Origin: a virus
Direction: 5' to 3' (one strand)
DNA: 64,000 nt
Virus record (IMG/VR): IMGVR_UViG_3300012006_000002
Location: 1-64,000 of that record
Made by a program: the position numbers and the translations under genes. The notes under the pieces are model-generated. The model was not told where the DNA came from. It was given only the letters and a program-made list of their open reading frames with translations, and did no database searches. Below, piece by piece: positions 55,727 to 64,000 of this stretch. How positions within the stretch are numbered: position 1 is the stretch's first letter; each line of letters begins with the position of its first letter.

Positions 55727-55761
55727 TATCTTGTGGGCACTGCCCCGGAACTGGAGAAAAA

Positions 55762-57291
55762 ATGACCGTTACTCTTACGAACCCGCAAACCCTAGAAGAA
55801 CAGTCCGAATCGCTACGCCAGCAACTTGGGCTGGAGGTGGCTCCCAAAATCATCAATCCTGATTCAGTCACAAAGATTTTTGAATCCGGCGTCTTGGCAA
55901 ATGTTCGCGTGACCGCTGAGCGATTCAACTTTTCCATCAAGTTGTCTGACTTGGGAATTGTTCCTACTCGCGAAAACCGAAAGGAAAAGTTGGTTAGCGC
56001 CATCGACTCGGTTCTCAGAAATTCTCAGCGCGCATCTTTGCTGCCCAAGGATGAAATGTTCCATTACGTGGATGGCAAGAAAGTTGCCATTCCCATGCCA
56101 GAGATTACTGACCGGGCTGTAAGGTTCTTGTTTCCCACTCGCTACGACGAGGATAAGGGACCGGCTTCTGCTTCTGAAGCATCATGGGATGCCATTCCAT
56201 TGTATGGAATGACTTTCATTCCGCTCGCTTCTTGGGTTCGCTGGAGCAAGCAGTATGAAGAGGCGAAGACAGAGCATCTTCGTGCGGCACAACTCATCGT
56301 TGATAACTATGATCGACTGAGGAGTGCATCAGTCAATCATTACGTGCAGATTGCCCTTGATGTGTACAACCGGCTTCAGAAGACTGCGCCTCAGCAATTG
56401 ACGCGCACTATCCAGTTGAATGACCTTACAGCGCGACGCTTTGGCGGAACCGCTGGCGAGTCAATGGAGGTGCAGATCACACCTGTCCAGTGGGTGCGTC
56501 GCTGGAAGCGTGTTGTTCTTCGCGCTTGGCCCACCAAGCAAGATATCATCAATAAGTATCGAGTAGATGCCAAGTTTTTTTGGGCACCTCTGCCGTCCAA
56601 GGTTGCCGAAGACCGCATTCTTGCTGATGAAAAGATTCGGAATCGAAACTCTGAAAATACTGCAATCAGTCAGATCAGGGATGTTGTGAATAGCACCATG
56701 TCTTCTCAGGCGCATGAACTTACAGTGTCTTATGTCAGAACTATCGTAGAGCGCACCGAGATGGTTTTTCTTGGATTTCTCAACTTTGTTCAGAATGACA
56801 ATCGTGCAATTTCTCCCAGACAGTTAAATGCAGTACTCCGTGTCGTAGATATGATCAGCCAGATGACAGCGGATGTGTCTGGACTTGATGGAATCAAGCG
56901 TCAGGCGGAATTGATCGAGGCATATGTCGAGCAAAGCAAGTCGCTATTAGCTTCATCTTCGAACAAGAAGGGTCGCAAGTCTACTGCTGAGGAAATTTCC
57001 AAGGATCTTCCGAGCATTATTGCACAAGCAGTTCAGATCGTTCGCGAAGAGGCCGAGTCACTTATCGGATTCGAAGCGCGCCGGACAGTGTACTCAGCCG
57101 AAGACCCGATGCAAATTCTTGCCTCCATAAACTCTTCCCAGTCAGGTCAGTCTCCAGTTGTTCGTCGCGCGTCAGTCAGCACAGAGGATGACGCTGTCGA
57201 ATTTATCGAATGGGAAGATACTGACGCCCACGAGCCGCTGCCTCTCGATGAGCAGGAAGATGAACTTGCCGCAGTCCGCCGCGTGCGATAA
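55762..57291 (+). CDS. Helical protein, DUF3150-like
   Basis: GVLANVRV...LSDLG...SLLPK...GMTFIP...IVDNYD...WPTKQDIINKY pattern; GGAG SD; family call from memory. Confidence 0.55.
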   Translation: MTVTLTNPQTLEEQSESLRQQLGLEVAPKIINPDSVTKIFESGVLANVRVTAERFNFSIKLSDLGIVPTRENRKEKLVSAIDSVLRNSQRASLLPKDEMFHYVDGKKVAIPMPEITDRAVRFLFPTRYDEDKGPASASEASWDAIPLYGMTFIPLASWVRWSKQYEEAKTEHLRAAQLIVDNYDRLRSASVNHYVQIALDVYNRLQKTAPQQLTRTIQLNDLTARRFGGTAGESMEVQITPVQWVRRWKRVVLRAWPTKQDIINKYRVDAKFFWAPLPSKVAEDRILADEKIRNRNSENTAISQIRDVVNSTMSSQAHELTVSYVRTIVERTEMVFLGFLNFVQNDNRAISPRQLNAVLRVVDMISQMTADVSGLDGIKRQAELIEAYVEQSKSLLASSSNKKGRKSTAEEISKDLPSIIAQAVQIVREEAESLIGFEARRTVYSAEDPMQILASINSSQSGQSPVVRRASVSTEDDAVEFIEWEDTDAHEPLPLDEQEDELAAVRRVR

Positions 57292-57299
57292 TCTTTCCC

Positions 57300-57321
57300 G
57301 CGGGGCTGGATCCAGCCCCGC
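57300..57321. repeat. Perfect 22-bp palindrome before the primase gene
   Basis: GCGGGGCTGGATCCAGCCCCGC. Confidence 0.9.
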
Positions 57322-57335
57322 ACTCACCGAGGGGG

Positions 57336-59474
57336 ATGCCTGTGACAAGTACGCTAGAGGACACTCTCTCCATCCTTTTTTCATATGTCGATAAGGGATG
57401 GAATATTTTCCCAATAGAAAAGAATGGTAAACGCCCAGTTGTTGTAAGCCGGGGGAAGGATAACTCTGGAGAAGAGTTTGAGGTTAGATTGAAGTGGAAT
57501 ACATTTCAATACAACAAGAATACCAAGGATCAGATAAAGACTTGGTATTCTCAGTTTCCGGAGTGCAACTGGGCAGTTGTGTGCGGCAAGATATCAAATC
57601 TTGTTGTAATGGATGTGGATGGGGATCTGGGAATTGCTTCTCTTCAAAAATTTCATCCGGAAATACAATCAACAAAGACATGGATGCAAGCAAGCCCACA
57701 TGGGTTTCACATGTTTTTTCTACACCCCGGCAGTGACGTAAAAAGTTTCCCTATTCTGCCAAAAGTTGACATCAAAGCAGATGGTGGATACATTGTTATC
57801 CATCCATCAAAAATTGATGAAGAGCAGTACAGAATCCTGATTGAGGCTCCCCTTGCAACATGTCCGGGGTGGATCGTCCGTGGTGAATCCTCACGAGACG
57901 ACAATGAATCTGAGGCTGCCCCCGTTTCTGCCGAAAAGACCAGACCCCAATGGGTTTCTGATCTTATTGCTCATGGCTCTCCTTCTGGAACACGAAATCC
58001 AGACGCTGCTCGCCTTGTAGGATATTTCTGGAATAAGGGAATAGGCAAGGACATTATCGAGACCATCATGGCTCCATGGGCGGAGCGTTGTCAGCCTCCC
58101 TTTTCAATGAGAGAACTTCAGACAGTGATTCGAAGCATTTGTTCATATCAGCAAATGGCAAAGAATCACGGAGTGGTTGACCCTCCTACGATGAGTTCTA
58201 GTGGTACTGGCATGAAATACACTTGGCATACGTTCAAGGTGGATATTGTCATATCAAAAGTTCTGGATACTGATCGCTTCGGACTTGTTGGGGAGTGGGA
58301 GGTGCAGACGAATGGCATTCCCTCCCTGCCAAAATATCTCTATGGCCCCGTGGCAGTTACAATGAAGGACGGACAGAAATTGTCCGCGCTGGTCACGGAA
58401 CTTGAGAAGCGGATGTTTGGACCTCCGTGGCGTCAGATGGTCAGTGACGTAGCGCGGCTAAGCATCGGTCAGTTCACTCGGGGGCAGCCATGGAGCCTTC
58501 TGCGAGATGCGCCCCGCGCACAGCAGATGGGATACGCACACAGGCCTCTCCTGTTGGCCAAGGAACCCACCCTTTGGTTCAGCGCGGGTGGTGGCATGAA
58601 AAGCTACCTAGCCCTCGCTCTGGGCATACAAATGGAAACGGGCATTGATCTTGGGCTGGGAACTCCGCTGGTCCGGAATCATGTCGCGTACCTTGACTGG
58701 GAATGGGATATTGGCCAACATGCGCGACGATTGGATACAATAATATCTCCGTCAGACCAAGAGCGACTTGGCGTCAATATTGTCTACCGGAATTGTGGAG
58801 GCAGACCGCTTCGCAATCAGATTGACGAACTAAAGCGACTTATCGCACAAGAAGGAGTGACGTATGTCATTATTGACTCTGCTAGTCCTGCTTGTGGTCG
58901 TGCTAGCGATAATGACGAGATTGTGGCGTTCTTTCAGAGCATCTCACAACTCAACGTGGGGTCATTAATTCTCGCTCACATCACGAAGAATGATAGAAAT
59001 TCTCAGGATGATGTCCAAACTGCTTTCGGTGGAGTGCAGTGGGAGAATCAGGCTCGATCAACGTGGCATATCCGCAAGGTTCAGGAAGAGGGAAGCAACA
59101 TATCCGACCTCGTCATGACACACCAGAAAATAAATGCTGGTGCAATGAATCCCCCGATTGCGATACGATTTCAATTTCCTTATGAAGACGAGCCGGGTGG
59201 ACTGGTAAGTTTCCAGATGATGAATCCCTCTGATCTTTCTCCTGAATCACTGAAAGACAGCGGGATAAGTTTCAGGGATAAGATTAAGTTTGTCCTGAAA
59301 AACAAATCCATGTCGGTAGAAGACATTGCCGAGGCCATGAGCATGAGTCCATCACCGGGCTTGGTCAATACCCTTAAGGCCATGGAGCAGAACACCCTGA
59401 CACGAATCGTGAGGAATGTCGGTGGCCAGCAGGTGGAGTGCTGGGGGCTTCGGTTTGGACGAACAGCAGATTGA
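57336..59474 (+). CDS. Bifunctional primase-polymerase, PriCT and RepA/AAA_25-like helicase fusion
   Basis: GWNIFPI, NWAVVCG..LVVMDVD, GFHMFF, DIKADGGYIVIHPS; GTRN..AARLVGYF; YLDWE, VIIDS, LILAH; start may be GTG 57342. Confidence 0.9.
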   Translation: MPVTSTLEDTLSILFSYVDKGWNIFPIEKNGKRPVVVSRGKDNSGEEFEVRLKWNTFQYNKNTKDQIKTWYSQFPECNWAVVCGKISNLVVMDVDGDLGIASLQKFHPEIQSTKTWMQASPHGFHMFFLHPGSDVKSFPILPKVDIKADGGYIVIHPSKIDEEQYRILIEAPLATCPGWIVRGESSRDDNESEAAPVSAEKTRPQWVSDLIAHGSPSGTRNPDAARLVGYFWNKGIGKDIIETIMAPWAERCQPPFSMRELQTVIRSICSYQQMAKNHGVVDPPTMSSSGTGMKYTWHTFKVDIVISKVLDTDRFGLVGEWEVQTNGIPSLPKYLYGPVAVTMKDGQKLSALVTELEKRMFGPPWRQMVSDVARLSIGQFTRGQPWSLLRDAPRAQQMGYAHRPLLLAKEPTLWFSAGGGMKSYLALALGIQMETGIDLGLGTPLVRNHVAYLDWEWDIGQHARRLDTIISPSDQERLGVNIVYRNCGGRPLRNQIDELKRLIAQEGVTYVIIDSASPACGRASDNDEIVAFFQSISQLNVGSLILAHITKNDRNSQDDVQTAFGGVQWENQARSTWHIRKVQEEGSNISDLVMTHQKINAGAMNPPIAIRFQFPYEDEPGGLVSFQMMNPSDLSPESLKDSGISFRDKIKFVLKNKSMSVEDIAEAMSMSPSPGLVNTLKAMEQNTLTRIVRNVGGQQVECWGLRFGRTAD

Positions 59475-59475
59475 T

Positions 59476-59868
59476 ATGGCGTCATTCAACGTATTTGATG
59501 TAATGAAAAAGTCTCCCCCTCGACAAAAGGGGGAGACTTCGTCGTTTCTGTCCATAGCCGAAGCAATTGACACAATGGACAAGCTAGCCAGCATCTTGAT
59601 TGCCAGCAATATCCAATGGAAAACAGGAAACCAGCGAACGTTTGCTCATTCGAGCGATATGAAATCAATAAATGAAAATGCCAGAAAAGCAGCGCTGTTC
59701 ATTTATTCCGAAGAGCAAAAGGGATCTTTGCTCATTCGCAAATTTTCCGCAGAGTGCTGGAGCGAACTTATTGCAATTACCTCTGTGGCTGAGGTACAAT
59801 CGTTCTGTCAGTCAACTTCAATGAACCCATCAGTTCTTTGCAGAATAATTCTGACAGAAAAACAATGA
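59476..59868 (+). CDS. Hypothetical protein
   Basis: Tightly packed ORF in the operon. Confidence 0.6.
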   Translation: MASFNVFDVMKKSPPRQKGETSSFLSIAEAIDTMDKLASILIASNIQWKTGNQRTFAHSSDMKSINENARKAALFIYSEEQKGSLLIRKFSAECWSELIAITSVAEVQSFCQSTSMNPSVLCRIILTEKQ

Positions 59869-59871
59869 GTT

Positions 59872-60561
59872 ATGGCATTTAATAAATCAAGAAAATCCTC
59901 TACGCCCGACATTGCACTACCTGCACTTACTGGAAAATCTTGGCCAACCATATCAAGAATATTATGTATTGACGAAAGTCTTAATGATAGCGGAGCAGCA
60001 CTTTTTGTTGATTGCGTATATCAAAAAGTTATTGACGAAGAGTCAAAAGATAATATCGGGCTTTTTCTAACAATCAAAAAAAATCAATCGCAAGTATTTA
60101 AAATTATTAAATACTTCAATTGGGTTGATCAAATGATTAAAGACCACAATCCAGATGTGGTGATTGGCGAAACGCATCCGTTTACTCGTGGCAATCTCAA
60201 GACAAGCAGTGCGACACTAGAAGTCATGGCTGGAATCAGGTACATTACCATGCTTGCGTGTGGATTATCTTCAGTGCCGTATGTTGAATTTTCAACAAAT
60301 CATGTAAAAACCATTATGTGTGGCGCTCCGTCAGCGTCAAAGGAAATGGTTCAAATGATTTTGAAGGGCTGCGGATACGATCTTCCAGTCTATTGGGGAC
60401 AAGCACAAGAAATAAATGGTAATGTATGCGACGCTATTGCAATGGGTGAAGTTATCTGCAGAATGCAAAAACAAGAAATACTTCGCATGCAGTATAGTGT
60501 AGTTGTTGGACCCGGGCGTTCTCAAACACAAAAGCGTGCATCAACCAAATTTCAAGGATAA
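59872..60561 (+). CDS. ruvC: RuvC-like Holliday junction resolvase
   Basis: ILCIDESLNDSG, PDVVIGE, VKTIMCG..ASKEMVQ, NVCDAIAM. Confidence 0.8.
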   Translation: MAFNKSRKSSTPDIALPALTGKSWPTISRILCIDESLNDSGAALFVDCVYQKVIDEESKDNIGLFLTIKKNQSQVFKIIKYFNWVDQMIKDHNPDVVIGETHPFTRGNLKTSSATLEVMAGIRYITMLACGLSSVPYVEFSTNHVKTIMCGAPSASKEMVQMILKGCGYDLPVYWGQAQEINGNVCDAIAMGEVICRMQKQEILRMQYSVVVGPGRSQTQKRASTKFQG

Positions 60562-60565
60562 GAAA

Positions 60566-61012
60566 ATGAATTCCGGCGCAGTAAAGCCATTTCCACAAAT
60601 CAATTATTTTTCTCATGATTTCAAGGAACCAGAAACAATATCAGAATGTCAGGATAGACTTTTTGAATTACAGCAAAATTTGCATAAGATTAATCAGCAA
60701 ATTAATGATCCGCACAGAATGGAAAAACTAGATATTTCCAATGAGGAATATCAGATGTGGAAACACAAGGCAATTCATGCAAGAAATGCCAAAAGAATGC
60801 AGCAAAAAATTTTGAATCAATGGCTGCAATCGCAGAAAGTCAAGAGAGCGCTGGATGCGATTAGCGGATCAAATCCGGTAGCAATTATTGAAAAGTTAGT
60901 AGAAATTATTACCTTTTTAAAAAATAAACATAATTTTGAATTAACTGATGAAATGTCTGATATAATTTCATTGGCTAATAACATAGTATCCAATGATCCA
61001 ATAGGAAGATGA
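60566..61012 (+). CDS. Coiled-coil hypothetical protein
   Basis: Helical ORF in the operon. Confidence 0.65.
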   Translation: MNSGAVKPFPQINYFSHDFKEPETISECQDRLFELQQNLHKINQQINDPHRMEKLDISNEEYQMWKHKAIHARNAKRMQQKILNQWLQSQKVKRALDAISGSNPVAIIEKLVEIITFLKNKHNFELTDEMSDIISLANNIVSNDPIGR

Positions 61013-61013
61013 C

Positions 61014-61463
61014 ATGCGACCAGACGACACCATGACAAATTTAACGGATGACCTGCGTCATATTACTGAAGGTTTTCCTGCGCACCCGATACTAGAAAAT
61101 TATCCAGTATTATGGGATGAAGAGGGTGACGAGTGGATTTTTCGAAGAACGACAAATGTGCTTGTTCCAAAATTGGTAGACGTTGTTGATATCAAAGAAC
61201 CAGATGTCAGATATACAGTAGCTGCCATCCGGAGGTCAGTACAAAACGGCGGTGGTATTGATTTTGTGATTTGGCTTGAGGCTGATGTTCCTGATGAAAA
61301 AACTGGAATAAAGAAAAAAGTATCACAGTTATGCTTTGGCCCATCCCATGCCGAAAACATGAATCTAGTTAATTCTACGATAAGCACAACAATGATGGCT
61401 TTTGAGCAAGTGTACAAAGATCCCAAATGGATAAGTCAATTTGAAAAAAGGATCATTGTCTAA
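61014..61463 (+). CDS. Hypothetical protein
   Basis: Tightly packed ORF. Confidence 0.65.
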   Translation: MRPDDTMTNLTDDLRHITEGFPAHPILENYPVLWDEEGDEWIFRRTTNVLVPKLVDVVDIKEPDVRYTVAAIRRSVQNGGGIDFVIWLEADVPDEKTGIKKKVSQLCFGPSHAENMNLVNSTISTTMMAFEQVYKDPKWISQFEKRIIV

Positions 61464-61798
61464 TGTCGGATTTGAGTGTCCGGGCGTTTGATCAAGCACA
61501 ACGAAGAAAAAGATATCCAGAAAGAAGAGGGTCTCTTGGTGTCGCTTGCATGCAAAGAGATATTATTACTGCGCAAAAATACTTGTCAATTGCATCTGAG
61601 ATTCTGTGGCAGACATCAATTGATAAAGAATATGAAATGCCTATATTAATGACGGCAGAATCAAAATTACAGCACACACTCAATGAATGTCTGGCGAAGG
61701 CTGGATTGCAGTTATTGCAATTAAGTGGATGCTTGGGAATAGATTTTGTTACGCTCATGCGACAACGCCTTGAAAGAGAAGAATTGGCAGTACTCTAA
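61463..61798 (+). CDS. Hypothetical helical protein (weak MazG-like ending)
   Basis: ECLAKAGLQLLQLSGCLGIDF ending; catalytic acidic residues not evident. Confidence 0.55.
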   Translation: MSDLSVRAFDQAQRRKRYPERRGSLGVACMQRDIITAQKYLSIASEILWQTSIDKEYEMPILMTAESKLQHTLNECLAKAGLQLLQLSGCLGIDFVTLMRQRLEREELAVL

Positions 61799-61956
61799 TG
61801 GCAAATAAATTAAAATATAAATCAAAAAAAAAGAAGTATTATTGTTCAAATTGCGAAAAGGAAACAATTGAACATAATGGAGAAAATGACATTACAAGAA
61901 GATGCAAAATATGCAAGAAAGATTGTGTCTTTATTCCCTATGAGGAGGAATGGTGA
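61798..61956 (+). CDS. 52-aa zinc-ribbon protein (absent from the ORF track)
   Basis: MANKLKYKSKKKKYYCSNCEKETIEHNGENDITRRCKICKKDCVFIPYEEEW; TAATG and TGATG overlaps at both ends. Confidence 0.75.
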   Translation: MANKLKYKSKKKKYYCSNCEKETIEHNGENDITRRCKICKKDCVFIPYEEEW

Positions 61957-62210
61957 TGAGAGCGGAGCCTGAATGGGTAATCAGCGCAGTAAAAAACGAT
62001 TTAACCGCGACGTGGTGGTCGGCGGCTGAAGCATTGTTTTTGTCAAACCCAGATAATGTTCCGGAATCCATTCATTTCATGTTAGATCCAACATGGAAAG
62101 AGCAAGAAGTGGTAGCGACCAAACACGACATCAGAGCGGTTCAGGCATGGGCGACTGGAATTCACGGATGGAACTCGCAAAAAAGTCCTCTTGAATTTCT
62201 TAAAATATAA
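61956..62210 (+). CDS. Hypothetical protein
   Basis: GAGGAGG SD, ATG overlapping upstream TGA. Confidence 0.7.
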   Translation: MRAEPEWVISAVKNDLTATWWSAAEALFLSNPDNVPESIHFMLDPTWKEQEVVATKHDIRAVQAWATGIHGWNSQKSPLEFLKI

Positions 62211-62229
62211 TACACATCGGAAGGCATCT

Positions 62230-62502
62230 ATGATTACCCAAATGCACACGCCCTTGCCGGTCGTCACTCCAAGAGGAAAGGGCTGGGCGTATTTTATTAT
62301 TGATAGATCGCAGGAACATTATCTTGAATGGGTAGTATTCCTTGACGACGGAGGATGTTGCTGGACGTTTCCAAATACGGAAATTCGTATTCAGGATAAT
62401 TGGTCAATGGGAAGAACAAAAATTCACGATTTTTCGTATCAACCTTCCGCTCCATTGCCAAAAGTAAACCAATCCTCGTATCCTACAAAAAACGAAACAT
62501 AA
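62230..62502 (+). CDS. Conserved small phage protein
   Basis: MITQMHTPLPVVTPRGKGWAYFIID..EH.LEWVVF.D...WT..N.EIR pattern. Confidence 0.65.
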   Translation: MITQMHTPLPVVTPRGKGWAYFIIDRSQEHYLEWVVFLDDGGCCWTFPNTEIRIQDNWSMGRTKIHDFSYQPSAPLPKVNQSSYPTKNET

Positions 62503-62503
62503 A

Positions 62504-63544
62504 ATGGAGAGTATCTCTGACGTTGTGCGTCGTCAATTTCGGGAACAGGCAATGAAAGATATTGCAGAATCTTCTAAATCATCGCCAAAAAAGCGACCAA
62601 TCGTTGTTGAGTCCGTATCGTTGCCTGTATTTCCCGCAGAAGATCGAATGCAAAGTAGAAGAAAAATAAAAGATTCTTCTTTAGTTGTCAATACATCAGA
62701 CAATGATGAAAATGTATCAAGACCGGAAAACATTGAATCTGATAATTCGGAAGAAATTGAAAACACAGGAACAATTTATTCAGACATGCCAGACGGTACT
62801 CCGGGCGAAGACCCATTAACTCCAGAAGAAGCCGCGTTGCAACTTGCTCTGGCTGTGCGAAAAGGTCACGAAAAAGGCAAACCAGATATTGATTGGCATC
62901 TGGTGAAATTATTGTATGTAAACGGCGGATGGACTTATGAGCGTATTGCCAATGAATGCAATATTTCCTTTACATTAGTAAGGCTCAATGGCCGAAAGGG
63001 AAGATGGCCTGAGGCGCGAGAATCATACAGGCTAGAGCAGTCCTCAAAAATTCAGGAACGAATGGCTCTTGAGGAAGATCGGCTAAGAGATTGGCAGATC
63101 ATGAAGCGACGCCAAGCTGGAATTGATGGATTCAATTGGCTTGTAAAAGCAATGTCAAACTTGCGCGATGATGCTAGTCCGGAGTCCATTGCCAAACTGG
63201 GTGGACTTATTGACAGAATGATGTCATCAGTTACCGGCATGGCACCTGTAGAAGGCGCGCCGGGGGCAGTAAGCGTTCAGGTTCAAAATAACATAGGATC
63301 TAATGCATTTGCGCCAAATTCTCCCCAAGCAAAACTGGCTGCTGTATGGACAAAAAAGGTTGGAGAAACTGAGGAAGATCATACAAAGCGCTTGGCATTC
63401 ACCATACGAGATTTGTATATCGAGTGTGACAGGGCTGGATTGTATGAAGATCTGAAACTGGATCCTGAGGGCCAAAGACAGATGCGCTTAAGAAATAGAT
63501 TAGGCTTATCTGAACCAGTATCCATTTTGGAAGATAAACAATGA
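62504..63544 (+). CDS. terS: Terminase small subunit (probable)
   Basis: Directly upstream of terL; DWHLVKLLYV.G.TYERIANECNISFTLVR...RW HTH followed by helical region. Confidence 0.7.
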   Translation: MESISDVVRRQFREQAMKDIAESSKSSPKKRPIVVESVSLPVFPAEDRMQSRRKIKDSSLVVNTSDNDENVSRPENIESDNSEEIENTGTIYSDMPDGTPGEDPLTPEEAALQLALAVRKGHEKGKPDIDWHLVKLLYVNGGWTYERIANECNISFTLVRLNGRKGRWPEARESYRLEQSSKIQERMALEEDRLRDWQIMKRRQAGIDGFNWLVKAMSNLRDDASPESIAKLGGLIDRMMSSVTGMAPVEGAPGAVSVQVQNNIGSNAFAPNSPQAKLAAVWTKKVGETEEDHTKRLAFTIRDLYIECDRAGLYEDLKLDPEGQRQMRLRNRLGLSEPVSILEDKQ

Positions 63545-64000
63545 CATCCATGGTACAATCCGTACCTCCTCCGACAGGAATTGAAGATGGATTACGAAAA
63601 TGGAGAATTGAAAAAACCATTGATGATCCATTTGAATTCGGAAGAATATATTTTCCCAAATACTGGTTTCAGGCCTCTCCGGAATTTCATAAAGATATTA
63701 TGGATTTAGCGACTCGTAAAAATCCTGCAGACTGGGTTGGCAAAGAGATGCTTAATACGCTTGTTCTTGCCGCTCCAAGAAATCATAGCAAATCAACTCT
63801 TATTACATTTTTATATGTCATATGGTCGTTAGTGACGCAAAGAAAATTTTTTACTGTTATTATCTCTGATATTGCAAGAATCTCTGTTGGTCATACAAGA
63901 AATATTAAAGAAGAGTTTGAGTCAAATGAAAGATTATGCAATGATTGGGGTATAATTCTTGGAAGAGAGTGGGAGACTTTGTCGGGAGCCGCAAAAAATG
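63541..64000 (+). CDS. terL: Terminase large subunit (5' part, runs off the window)
   Basis: Open frame MTSMVQ...FGRIYFP...PEFH...LVLAAPRNHSKST (Walker A)...VIIS...IKEEFESNE. Confidence 0.9.
   Translation, partial: MTSMVQSVPPPTGIEDGLRKWRIEKTIDDPFEFGRIYFPKYWFQASPEFHKDIMDLATRKNPADWVGKEMLNTLVLAAPRNHSKSTLITFLYVIWSLVTQRKFFTVIISDIARISVGHTRNIKEEFESNERLCNDWGIILGREWETLSGAAKN

Noticed and set aside
1-64000. Stop-codon reassignment, introns or inteins
   Set aside because: Genes tile densely under the standard code and use all three stops; inserts are in-frame structural modules without intein or homing-endonuclease signatures

Overview
This window is part of a tailed dsDNA phage genome with a contractile (myovirus-type) tail; nearly all genes are on the + strand. 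Bases 1-16.8 kb carry a large array of fibre, lectin, adaptor and chaperone-like genes. Bases 17.6-45.3 kb hold the tail core: sheath, tube, a chaperone pair with a likely +1 frameshift, a tape measure protein with SLT and M23 domains, hub, spike, initiator, LysM/gp25, baseplate J and I, and a long fibre. Many of these core proteins are inflated by nested inserted domains. Bases 46-51 kb hold lysis and accessory genes (M23 endolysin, metallophosphoesterase, holin, HNH, SLT), an origin-like palindrome-rich tract and tRNA-Leu(UAA). Bases 51-57.3 kb form a GC-richer block driven by sigma70-type promoters sharing a GACG-AANC-CGTC palindrome; it encodes a candidate ~150-nt structured ncRNA, a DUF1257/DUF2997-like protein, a phosphodiesterase, a double AAA+ ATPase and a DUF3150-like protein. 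Bases 57.3-64 kb encode a primase-polymerase/helicase, a RuvC-like resolvase, small ORFs, the terminase small subunit and the 5' part of the large subunit. The best novelty candidates are the co-regulated AAA+ module with its shared C-terminal motif, the ncRNA, the nested domain accretion across the tail, and the SD-associated UUU-CGC +1 frameshift. All family assignments come from motif recognition by eye; no database searches were run.
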